Source: a candidate division WOR-3 bacterium
GTDB taxonomy: Bacteria > Hydrothermota > Tepidihabitantia > Tepidihabitantales > Tepidihabitantaceae
DNA: 59,669 nucleotides
Assembly: GCA_965649205.1 (NCBI GenBank)
Contig: CBFGJV010000017.1
Span: 1-59,669 of the forward strand
Direction of reading: 5' to 3'
This document shows, in pieces, positions 1 through 8,328 of the stretch; the first letter of the stretch is position 1; each line of letters opens with the position of its first letter. The translations under genes were made by a program, and so were the position numbers. The notes under the pieces were generated by a model. The model was not told the DNA's origin. It searched no databases and saw only the letters and a list, made by a program, of their open reading frames with translations.

Positions 1-204
1 TTCAAACCTGGCTTCAACCCCGCACTCACCACACCCCTGAAACCAGAACTGAACCCCCTAATCAAACCTCTCTTCACACTCCACCTGTACTTCCCTTTCT
101 ATCCTCCCCTCACACCACAACTTAGCCACATACTCGCCCCAGAACTGTTCCCCCAGACCTTCCCCACCTTCTCCCCCTGGGTCACTGGGGGAGTCACTCC
201 CCCC
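1..204. repeat. Degenerate 12-bp-period array, 17 units, C-rich/G-poor on +, truncated by the window edge
   Basis: 12-mers from base 1 read ttcaaacctggc/ttcaaccccgca/ctcaccacaccc/ctgaaaccagaa/ctgaacccccta/atcaaacctctc... T at unit position 2 in 16 of 17 units, CC at positions 7-8 in 12 of 17, only 12 G in bases 1-177. Frame +1 is open to TGA at 238-240 and reads hydrophobic-x-Pro-x tetrapeptides (FKPG FNPA LTTP LKPE LNPL IKPL). Confidence 0.75.
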
Positions 205-423
205 TCAATTTCCGTGCCAAACCCCTGTGTCCCACCCTGATTCCATCTCCCAGCCGAACCATATTCCACCTTACTCTCGACCCGTCTCCACATCATCTTT
301 ACGAATCATACCTCCAAGAGCATATAACATATCTGAGAACACAACTAGGAAATGTCCAATGTCCCTGTCCTGACTCACCTGTAAAACCAGGTCTGCCAGT
401 ACAGAGAAGAAAGGAGTGAAACC

Positions 424-795
424 ATGAAAGACGCTACTCGCCGCATCTCCCGCTGGAGGGCAAAGTTCACGCCCGCCAGACAGGCAGAAACTCTGGCCGT
501 CATATACGAGGACATGGCCCGACGCTACGCCGCAGTCACAGTAGAACTGTGCTCTATGGAAACGCAAGTGAAACAGGTGCTAGACCAGGCCAAAGTGCAT
601 ACTAACTGGTACGTTTCATATCTGGACTTCGCGCGACAACTATTCCGGCTTTCGCGGCAGCAGGAAATATCCGGCAACAGTCTGGCGCTTGCGGCTCAGG
701 TACTCTTAGAGCGTTGGGCGGCCCGCGGTCTGAACCCGGATGTGCTCACCACCATTCGCCGCGAGGTATTCAATATCGGTCCGCCCGGACCGTAG
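424..795 (+). CDS. Small helical protein resembling the rudivirus (SIRV2-type, Adnaviria) major capsid protein
   Basis: SD AAGGAG at 411-416, ATG at 424. Collinear motifs RRISRWRAKF, QVKQVLDQAKV, YLDFARQL, SGNSLA, LNPDVLTTI match my recollection of SIRV2 MCP (QRYAKWQAKF, NVSAVLTQYGI, YQGFGLKV, SGPALV, ANPQVLDAV). The CDS is well supported; the family call is from memory, not a search. Confidence 0.7.
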   Translation: MKDATRRISRWRAKFTPARQAETLAVIYEDMARRYAAVTVELCSMETQVKQVLDQAKVHTNWYVSYLDFARQLFRLSRQQEISGNSLALAAQVLLERWAARGLNPDVLTTIRREVFNIGPPGP

Positions 796-852
796 TCCGG
801 ACCGGCGCCGAAGGAATGCAGAAAACGGGCAGGGCTTGTAGCCTGATTCACC

Positions 853-2454
853 TTACCATTGAAAGGTGAAAATTGCGCGGGAACGCACATCCTGAATGTC
901 GTTGTGCATAGTGCCGACAACAATCCGGCCAGCAACTGACAATCGCCTGACGAGCCCCAGTTCCTCTACCACCTCCCGCACCAGTTGCACAAACGGCCCG
1001 GCAGTTCGGGGCAAGACGCCGTTTTCGCTCCGTACCAGCACTGGATAGACTCCGTACAAAAGCCGCAATCGGCGAGCGGTATCCAACCGTGTGGTAATGG
1101 CGATTACGGGCATGCGGGGACGAAAACGGGAAATCATCATAGCACTGGCTCCGGTAGTGGCATAGGAAACAATGAATGGAGCGTCTGCCTGCTCAGCCAG
1201 CTGACAAATAGGGTAGCCGATAACATGAATGTTTCGGGTTACCGGTTTGCGCGTAAACTCTCCTTTGAACTTGGCTAGATAAGCTTCCCGGTCTATAGGC
1301 ACTGTGGCCGCAATCACCCGGGCCATTACCTTGACACTCTCCAGAGGAAAATCGCCCACTGCTGTCTCACCCGATAACATGAGCGCATCGGCCCCCTCCT
1401 CTATGGCCGTGGCTATATCCTGAGGTTCGGAGCGATGCGGTAAAGGCCGCTGCATCATAGACTCCAGCAGCTGAGTGGCGACAATGACCGGCTTGCCCGC
1501 GATGTTCGCCTGGTTTATGAGCTCCCTCTGCACCCCAGGTATGCGGTCGTAATCCAAGAGCACTCCCAAATCGCCACGTGCCACCATAATGCCAAATACG
1601 TTCTCCTCCGCCAAAATGGATTCAATATTCCGCACCGCAACCGGAGACTCTATCTTGGCAATGATGGGCTTACCGGCCAGAGGCGTCTTTTCCAGAAACG
1701 CGGCCAGCTCGCGAATGTCTTCTGGCCCCTGCACAAATGACTGCGCAATCAGGTCCACATCAAAACCATGTTCCAGCGCCGCCTTATCCTCCTCCACATC
1801 CAGAGGACCAGCCAGCATCCTGCCACCAGCAACATCCGGCAGATTGAGATGTTTTCCTGTCCGTACTGTGCCCCGGTGTTCCGCCCGACAAATAACCAGG
1901 TCGGGGTTTCGTTTCCGTTCTACCCGCAGATATACATCGTTATCGCCTATCACCACTGTGTGTCCCGGCTCGATTTCGGCATAGATATCCTTGGGGTAGG
2001 TTACAAATAACCTTGCCCGTACCGCACTGACCATAGGCTTGTCCGCATCCTCGCTGTCGGATATCTGTACCCGATCGCCTTCTGTCAGCTCTAACCCCGG
2101 CACCACTTCCCCCTCCGCGGTCAGAATACTGGACACGCGAATCTCCGGCCCCTTCAGGTCCATGATGATAGGCAACGGAACTCTTAACCGCTCCTCTACG
2201 CCGCGAATAGCCGCAATCAACTGCTCTATCCGGCCAAAGTCGGACAGGTGCACATGCGAGAAGTTTATGCGCGCTGCGGCCATGCCGTGCTCGACCAGCT
2301 CTTCAATGGAAACCAGGGCCTCTGGTTCGGGAAAGGTGCCATCCGGCCGTCTTCCCTCCAGCGACACGCGCGGCCCCATCGTGCAGATAATAGCCAGCCG
2401 GTCTGAACTCACCGGCGCTGCTTTCAAAACCCGACCCGTAGTTTTGCGTTTCAT
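853..2454 (-). CDS. pyk: Pyruvate kinase
   Basis: IICTMGP, ARINFSH, DLKGPEIR, IIAKIES, GIMVARGDLG, ATQLLESM, DALMLSGETA motifs. Confidence 0.95.
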   Translation of the reverse strand: MKRKTTGRVLKAAPVSSDRLAIICTMGPRVSLEGRRPDGTFPEPEALVSIEELVEHGMAAARINFSHVHLSDFGRIEQLIAAIRGVEERLRVPLPIIMDLKGPEIRVSSILTAEGEVVPGLELTEGDRVQISDSEDADKPMVSAVRARLFVTYPKDIYAEIEPGHTVVIGDNDVYLRVERKRNPDLVICRAEHRGTVRTGKHLNLPDVAGGRMLAGPLDVEEDKAALEHGFDVDLIAQSFVQGPEDIRELAAFLEKTPLAGKPIIAKIESPVAVRNIESILAEENVFGIMVARGDLGVLLDYDRIPGVQRELINQANIAGKPVIVATQLLESMMQRPLPHRSEPQDIATAIEEGADALMLSGETAVGDFPLESVKVMARVIAATVPIDREAYLAKFKGEFTRKPVTRNIHVIGYPICQLAEQADAPFIVSYATTGASAMMISRFRPRMPVIAITTRLDTARRLRLLYGVYPVLVRSENGVLPRTAGPFVQLVREVVEELGLVRRLSVAGRIVVGTMHNDIQDVRSRAIFTFQW

Positions 2455-2460
2455 CGCCTG

Positions 2461-2488
2461 AGCATAGACGCACCCCTTGAGGTGTCAA
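2461..2488 (-). promoter_or_regulatory. Sigma70-type promoter for pyk, probably leaderless
   Basis: Minus strand TTGACA-N16-TATGCT, then 6 nt to the ATG at 2454; no SD. Confidence 0.65.
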
Positions 2489-2569
2489 GAGACTCATCTG
2501 CTTCTCATGGAAAAAACACCTTCCCTCTACCTCTTTTCTACCTCGCCCGTCCCCCTCCCGGCTCGGTTA

Positions 2570-2597
2570 TTGACACTCCGAGTGCTTAGTCTAGAAT
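2570..2597 (+). promoter_or_regulatory. Sigma70-type promoter for the DUF3467-to-ftsK run
   Basis: TTGACA-N16-TAGAAT, followed by SD AAGGAG before ATG 2613. Confidence 0.6.
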
Positions 2598-2612
2598 GAG
2601 AAAAAAAGGAGT

Positions 2613-2924
2613 ATGATGGATCAAGACAATCGAGAAATACCCGCTGGCCAGCAGGTGCAGGTGGAAATAGGCGAAAGGGAGTCTGAGGGTATATACTCAA
2701 ACTTCGTGCTTATAGCCCATTCTCCCTCCGAATTCATAATTGATTTTGCCCGCCTTCTGCCTGGACTGCCCAAAGCCAAAGTCTTTGCGCGCATCGTCAT
2801 GACGCCCCAGCACGTGCAACTGCTGCACAACGCCCTGGCCGAAAATATAAGAAAGTACGAGGAAAGATTCGGTAAAATTCGTATCCAAGGTAAAGAACAG
2901 TCCACCAAGAACCTGGGATTCTAG
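2613..2924 (+). CDS. DUF3467 domain protein
   Basis: GIYSNFVLIAHSPSEFIIDF...ARIVMTPQH...NIRKYEERFGKI signature; strong SD. Confidence 0.85.
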   Translation: MMDQDNREIPAGQQVQVEIGERESEGIYSNFVLIAHSPSEFIIDFARLLPGLPKAKVFARIVMTPQHVQLLHNALAENIRKYEERFGKIRIQGKEQSTKNLGF

Positions 2925-2952
2925 CTAGCGCTGCCGGAGGAAGTGGGGACTG

Positions 2953-4275
2953 GTGAGTAACCGCATTCGGTTGCAGAAATCGCTTGTCAGACAAAATGTC
3001 ATAGATGCGACTTCGCTACCCCACTACGCGTTGCTTCGTCTGGCTGGGGAACTTGCCGCCCAGCGCGAGACCAAAGCGTTTCTTGTCGGCGGGCCCGTAC
3101 GAGACTTTCTGCTTGGTCGGCCCAGCCCGGACCTTGACATAGCCGTAGAAAAAGATTGTCGGGGCTTTGGCCAAGCTCTGACAGACCGAGTTGGCAGCAG
3201 ATTTGTCTATCATTCTCGTTTTCTCACCGGTACGGTGCAGATTGAGTGTCCGGGACAAGAAAATGCCCCACTTCCCGAGCACATTGACATAACTCAGACC
3301 CGGAAGGAAATGTATCGCAGACCGGCTGCGCTCCCTGAGGTAGAACCAGCCCCTATCGAAGAAGACCTAGCTCGCCGCGACTTCACCATCAACGCCATGG
3401 CATTAGCCATAACCCCCACCGAATTCGGCCAACTGCTTGACCCACATCATGGCCAGGCAGACCTGCAGAAACGTCTGATCCGGGTCCTACACCCTCGCAG
3501 CTTTCAGGACGACCCCACCCGTGCCTTTCGCGGACTCAGGTTCGCCGGACGTCTGGGGTTCAAGCTTGAACCCGGCACGCTACGTATGCTGCGCGAGTGT
3601 ATAAAAGAAAAGACAGCCTCATTACTTACTCCCGAAAGGATATTGCAGGAATTGCGACTCATATGCGCAGAGCCCCGGGCGGCCCAGATTCTAAAAGCCG
3701 TACTAAAGGAAGGATTACTTGCTTCCTGTTTCGATTCTGCCCTGTCCGTTTCGTCTGCCTCTGTAACCTCTCCCATACGTCAGATTGCCTCCCAAGCGCG
3801 TCCGGACTTGCTCTACCTGTACTTACTGACCCTGCTGCCTCTCACCAGCCGGTTCCCCATAACACGACAGGAACGGGAAGCAGTCCGGCAGTTGAAACGG
3901 TTTCCTGCCCTACGCGAGCAGCTGCTGAACGCCTCCAAACCCAGCGCGGTCTATCGTCTGCTGGCGCCAATCTCAACTACCGCCCTAGAACTGTTGAGCC
4001 TGATTGAAACCAGACCCGTGCGCCAGGTCATCAGACAATACCTGCGAACGCTGGCGCAGGTGCGAATCAGCACCACCGGTGCGGACCTGCGTCGGTTCGG
4101 ACTGCCTGCTGGACCGCTCTACCGCCGCATACTGAACGAACTGCTCTGCGCCCGCCTGGACGGTCTGGTTACCACAGATGCGGCAGAACAAAAGCTGGCT
4201 CGCACTCTGGTCCATAAGGCCCTGTCGCGTCTCTCAAGACGAACAGCCAGCAACATCACGTCTTCCCATGCCTGA
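2953..4275 (+). CDS. cca: tRNA nucleotidyltransferase (CCA- or A-adding, poly(A) polymerase family)
   Basis: VGGPVRDFLLG, DLDIAV, EEDLARRDFTINAMA, DDPTRAFRGLRF motifs. Start uncertain. Confidence 0.85.
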   Translation: MSNRIRLQKSLVRQNVIDATSLPHYALLRLAGELAAQRETKAFLVGGPVRDFLLGRPSPDLDIAVEKDCRGFGQALTDRVGSRFVYHSRFLTGTVQIECPGQENAPLPEHIDITQTRKEMYRRPAALPEVEPAPIEEDLARRDFTINAMALAITPTEFGQLLDPHHGQADLQKRLIRVLHPRSFQDDPTRAFRGLRFAGRLGFKLEPGTLRMLRECIKEKTASLLTPERILQELRLICAEPRAAQILKAVLKEGLLASCFDSALSVSSASVTSPIRQIASQARPDLLYLYLLTLLPLTSRFPITRQEREAVRQLKRFPALREQLLNASKPSAVYRLLAPISTTALELLSLIETRPVRQVIRQYLRTLAQVRISTTGADLRRFGLPAGPLYRRILNELLCARLDGLVTTDAAEQKLARTLVHKALSRLSRRTASNITSSHA

Positions 4276-4906
4276 CATCGCTGAGTTTCTCCGCCAGGCG
4301 GTAATCTCCACCCCGGCCATTCTATTTGGCCTTACTATACACGAATTCAGCCACGGCTATGTAGCCTGGAAACTGGGAGACCCGACTGCCCGGTCACTCG
4401 GCAGACTCACTCTGAACCCTCTGAAACATCTTGACTTGGTAGGTACTGCCGCTTTATTTCTGTTCCATTTCGGCTGGGCCAAACCCGTGCCAATCGACCC
4501 GGGCTATTTCCGCTATCCTACTCGCGACCTGGCGCTTTCGTCTCTGGCCGGTCCCGCCGCCAACTTCCTGACCGCGCTGGGAACAGGTCTGGTAACTCGG
4601 CTTTTTTATCTTTTGAACGTAACCGGCTTTCCCCTGTTACTTGTCACCCAATTCGTCTTCTACAACCTCGTGCTCTGCTTCTTCAACCTACTTCCGATTC
4701 CTCCGCTTGACGGCTCGCGGCTAGTTTACTACTTCCTTCCTCCGGAGCTTGCGGCCCGGTACGCCGGCCTGGAAAGATACGGTTTTATTCTACTCTTGGC
4801 CCTCATCTTTGCCGGTCAACTAGCCGGAGTTTCTCTCTTGGGGCTCTATCTAGCCCCCCTAGTCCGCATTTTCAGCTTGCTCTTTGCCGGCCAGGCCCTA
4901 ATGTAG
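4268..4906 (+). CDS. Site-2 protease (peptidase M50) family protein
   Basis: HEFSH zinc motif, GWAKPVP, AGPAANF, FNLLPIPPLDG. Start moved to ATG 4268, overlapping the upstream stop. Confidence 0.9.
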   Translation: MPDIAEFLRQAVISTPAILFGLTIHEFSHGYVAWKLGDPTARSLGRLTLNPLKHLDLVGTAALFLFHFGWAKPVPIDPGYFRYPTRDLALSSLAGPAANFLTALGTGLVTRLFYLLNVTGFPLLLVTQFVFYNLVLCFFNLLPIPPLDGSRLVYYFLPPELAARYAGLERYGFILLLALIFAGQLAGVSLLGLYLAPLVRIFSLLFAGQALM

Positions 4907-4911
4907 AGTCT

Positions 4912-7584
4912 ATGGCTCAGAGACAAAAAAGTCGTCCGCGTTCCCGAAATATAGACACTCTGGTAACCGTGACAGTAGCTATGGTCATACTACTGGTGAT
5001 GATTGGCCTGGGCTGCTACTTGGTCGGACTACGTACCCCGGAACGGAATGTGATAGGCCCCCTTGGTCACTGGGCTGGTTTCGGCCTTTTCTACGCCTTC
5101 GGTTGGACCAGCGTGTTTGTTCCCCTCTTGGCAGCTGCCGCCGGCTTCATCAGTGTACTGAAGCGACGACCTTGGCGCCGGTTCTTTGGTCTCACAGTAT
5201 TCTGCTTCAGTCTGTTGCTAATGCTGGGTCTGGCCTCATACCAGGTCCGGTTGCTCCAACCAGAGCACAATCTCGCCGGCTGGCTGGGACTACGACTGGC
5301 CGTAGTCTTCACAAATCTGCTTGGCCTGGGTTCCTGGTGTTTGCCCGCACTCACCATCATTATCGGTCTGACTCTCTGGAATCGGTGGAAATGGCAGATT
5401 TTCGCCACGTGTTCTGCCTTCGCCATTCTCAGCGGTGTTCTCCTTGATGGTTTCCTCGCCTGGTTTGCTCCTCAGGCGGTATGGCACGTGACTGCCGAAG
5501 AGGGCTTCAAACTGGCGGGCAGCGTAGGCTTGGCCATAAATTCTGGACTGCGCGCAATAATTGGACCGCTCGGCACCCTCATTTTCCTCCTCTGCGCACT
5601 AATAGCGCTTCTGGCGCTGTTCACCGGTTTTCGCTTCCCGCCCACCGCATCACGGCTTTTTGCCCGGCTTTGGACCCTCTTAGTCCTGCGTCGACACAAA
5701 ATACCACCGCCGAAAAAAACAGACCGGAAGCCAGAATCGCCTCCTACCGCAGTTCCTGCTGCCGAACCTCCCCCTCGAAACGAACCTGTCCAGAAAGCCG
5801 CCCCGCCCCCTCCAGCTGAACCCCAATCAATCCCGAGCCGCATACGTGAGCGACCACCTGTCAAATCCCTTGCCGAGTTTGACCTCAACCGGTTCCAGAC
5901 ATTGTTCCTGGAGCAATTGGACAAGCCCGGGCCTGCGGACCAAGTCTTCAAGGATCCGGCCGAGTCGGCTCGCGAAGCAGAACGGCTTCTGGACAAATTG
6001 CGTCAATTCGGGATAGAAGGGCACGTAAGCAACATAGTTTCCGGCCCTATGATTACGCGCTTCGAATTCGAACCGGCCCCGGGTATCAAAATTCAGCGCA
6101 TAGAGAATCTTGCCGACGACCTTTCGCTTGCGCTCTCTGCCGAGCGCATACGCATTCTTGCCCCGATCCCCGGCCGCAGCGCGGTCGGCATAGAAATCCC
6201 CAACAAGGAACGTCGCACCGTGTACCTCCGCGACCTGCTTATTTCCGACGCTTTCCGGGCAGAAAAATCGCCTCTGGGCTTTGCTCTGGGCACAACCATT
6301 ACCGGTGAACCCTACTGTGCTGACCTGCGCCTAATGCCTCACATTCTGATTGCCGGCACAACCGGTTCTGGTAAATCGGTCTGCATCAATTCTATCATCT
6401 GTTCCCTCATCTACCGCTCCTCTCCGAGAGAAGTCCGGTTCCTCACCATTGACCCCAAACAACTGGAGCTGCCGGTATATAACCCAATCCCGCACCTATT
6501 GAACCGGGCCACCATAGACCCGAAAAAGGCAGTCGCCGAGCTCGACGACGTAATCAAGATAATGGAAGTCCGCTACGGCCAGTTTGCCGAGCTGGGCGTG
6601 CGGGATATCACCGGTTACAACGCCCGCGCCCAGGCCGAAGGCAAAGAACCCAAACCTTACATCGTCATCATCATTGACGAGCTGGCCGACCTGATGCTGC
6701 GAGCCCCCAAGGAAATAGAAGACCGCATCACCCGCCTGGCTCAGATGTCCCGGGCCGTGGGTATCCATCTTATCCTTGCCACCCAGCGTCCTTCGGTTGA
6801 CGTCATTACCGGGCTTATCAAGGCCAACTTCCCTTGTCGCATCGCCTTTCAAGTGGCATCCAAGACCGACTCCCGCACCATTCTGGATATGAACGGCGCT
6901 GAATCACTCTTAGGACGCGGTGATATGCTTTTCCTCCCTCCTGGCAAAGGAGACCCCATCCGCCTGCACGGAGCCTTTGTCTCCGATCAGGCCGCCCGGC
7001 AGGTAGTAAACTTGTGGACTACTGTCTATCTCAGCGAGATGCTCAAGGGCCTGGTTCCTGACCCGGAAGAAAAAGCTAAAGCCCTGGTTCAGGCTGAGGT
7101 GGTGGACATTCTCTACGATCCGGAAAAAAGAGACATCAGAAAGAAACGCCAGGACCTCTGCTCTATCCTGCCCGAGGAAGTGGCAGAAGAACTACTCAAC
7201 CGGGAGTACTACGAACCACTCCCCGAAGTGCGTTCCGGTGCGGTAGAAAAGCACGAGGAAAAGCAAAGACGCGAATCGCGCAAACTGGACGCACGCCTTG
7301 CCGAAGCCGCCCGACTGGTAGTCAGATATAGAGAAGCCTCCGTTTCTCTGCTGCAACGCAAAATGGATGTGGGTTGGGCTCGGGCCGGCAGGATAATTGA
7401 CCAACTGGAAGAGGCCGGTGTGGTAGGTGCTCATGCAGGTTCCAAATCGCGCCAGGTACTCATAGAAAGCGAGACCGAACTGGAGGAAATCCTCGCCCGG
7501 ATAAAAAAACAGGCTGCATTACGTTCGGAATCCGCCCAGGACAACGCAGAAGAACCGGAAAACGACCAAGATACCTCAGGATGA
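4912..7584 (+). CDS. ftsK: DNA translocase FtsK/SpoIIIE
   Basis: N-terminal TM region, Pro-rich linker, Walker A GTTGSGKS, IIIDELADLM, ATQRPSVDV, gamma domain ASVSLLQRKMDVGWARAGRIIDQLE. Confidence 0.97.
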   Translation: MAQRQKSRPRSRNIDTLVTVTVAMVILLVMIGLGCYLVGLRTPERNVIGPLGHWAGFGLFYAFGWTSVFVPLLAAAAGFISVLKRRPWRRFFGLTVFCFSLLLMLGLASYQVRLLQPEHNLAGWLGLRLAVVFTNLLGLGSWCLPALTIIIGLTLWNRWKWQIFATCSAFAILSGVLLDGFLAWFAPQAVWHVTAEEGFKLAGSVGLAINSGLRAIIGPLGTLIFLLCALIALLALFTGFRFPPTASRLFARLWTLLVLRRHKIPPPKKTDRKPESPPTAVPAAEPPPRNEPVQKAAPPPPAEPQSIPSRIRERPPVKSLAEFDLNRFQTLFLEQLDKPGPADQVFKDPAESAREAERLLDKLRQFGIEGHVSNIVSGPMITRFEFEPAPGIKIQRIENLADDLSLALSAERIRILAPIPGRSAVGIEIPNKERRTVYLRDLLISDAFRAEKSPLGFALGTTITGEPYCADLRLMPHILIAGTTGSGKSVCINSIICSLIYRSSPREVRFLTIDPKQLELPVYNPIPHLLNRATIDPKKAVAELDDVIKIMEVRYGQFAELGVRDITGYNARAQAEGKEPKPYIVIIIDELADLMLRAPKEIEDRITRLAQMSRAVGIHLILATQRPSVDVITGLIKANFPCRIAFQVASKTDSRTILDMNGAESLLGRGDMLFLPPGKGDPIRLHGAFVSDQAARQVVNLWTTVYLSEMLKGLVPDPEEKAKALVQAEVVDILYDPEKRDIRKKRQDLCSILPEEVAEELLNREYYEPLPEVRSGAVEKHEEKQRRESRKLDARLAEAARLVVRYREASVSLLQRKMDVGWARAGRIIDQLEEAGVVGAHAGSKSRQVLIESETELEEILARIKKQAALRSESAQDNAEEPENDQDTSG

Positions 7585-7628
7585 AGATGGCGTTTGTTAC
7601 TTTCCTTCTTCCCGGGTAAGGCCTTTCC

Positions 7629-8291
7629 ATGCCTGACCGTGCTACCATACTCGCTTGGGTCAAATGTATAACTGACAGGATTCCCTGCGAAAACACAAAA
7701 GTCCTGGATCAGTTCATCCTCTCCCGGCCCCAGGCCAAAATAGTACCTCCTGCACCGGAGTTCAGCTGCGGCGATCACTGGTTCTGCATCCGCCGCTACA
7801 GTGACGTTTTGACCAACGATAACCTACTTGAGGTATACGTCGGTTGCTTTTCTCTCTCTCCGGAGTATCTGGGCTACGACCGGATGGACCCGCACTGGAA
7901 AGACGCCGAAGGCCGGGATAAACACCGCTGGGAACTGACCCGAGCCTATATGCGCCCCCAGTTTCGCGGCCGCAGGTATTCCATTTTCATGCTGGAGTTG
8001 GTCCTGGCATTAGCCCGCAAGAACAAGGCGTATTCTGTGGTGGCATATCCCCGGCACGTTGCCATGCTGGTCACGCTGCTGAAGTACGGCTTTCGCACCA
8101 TGGACGGAAGCTACGATCGTACGCTGCATCGTATTCTGCGCCAAGGCCGCGCCTGGTACGGCAACAACACCAGTCAACGGCAATTGTACTACGCTCAGGA
8201 GTTCCGCAGCTTCATTCAGGACGGCAGTTTCATAATGGAAAAGCGAGTGTCCCGGCCTACCATTGTGGAATTTCTGATGGAAAAGATCTGA
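7629..8291 (+). CDS. Hypothetical protein with a GNAT-like acetyl-CoA-binding motif
   Basis: WELTRAYMRPQFRGRRYS resembles GNAT motif A, with later LLKYGF. No closer family recognised. Confidence 0.55.
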   Translation: MPDRATILAWVKCITDRIPCENTKVLDQFILSRPQAKIVPPAPEFSCGDHWFCIRRYSDVLTNDNLLEVYVGCFSLSPEYLGYDRMDPHWKDAEGRDKHRWELTRAYMRPQFRGRRYSIFMLELVLALARKNKAYSVVAYPRHVAMLVTLLKYGFRTMDGSYDRTLHRILRQGRAWYGNNTSQRQLYYAQEFRSFIQDGSFIMEKRVSRPTIVEFLMEKI

Positions 8292-8328
8292 GAATACTAA
8301 AGTAGAGTCCTGGGGCCACCTGCCCTCC

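Noticed and set aside
1..240. CRISPR array or simple VNTR
   Set aside because: No identical repeats with unique spacers and no cas genes; the units share only a register and a few positions.
99..567. Minus-strand ORFs 99-296 and 271-567
   Set aside because: Shadows of the 12-bp array and of the SD-supported 424-795 gene; no recognisable motifs.
785..800. Hairpin CCGGAC-CGTA-GTCCGG as an intrinsic terminator
   Set aside because: Short stem overlapping the stop codon, with no U-tract on either strand.
424..2454. Intact provirus around the capsid-like gene
   Set aside because: The right neighbour is pyk, with no integrase, att site or other viral gene. The left side is outside the window, so this is unsupported rather than excluded.
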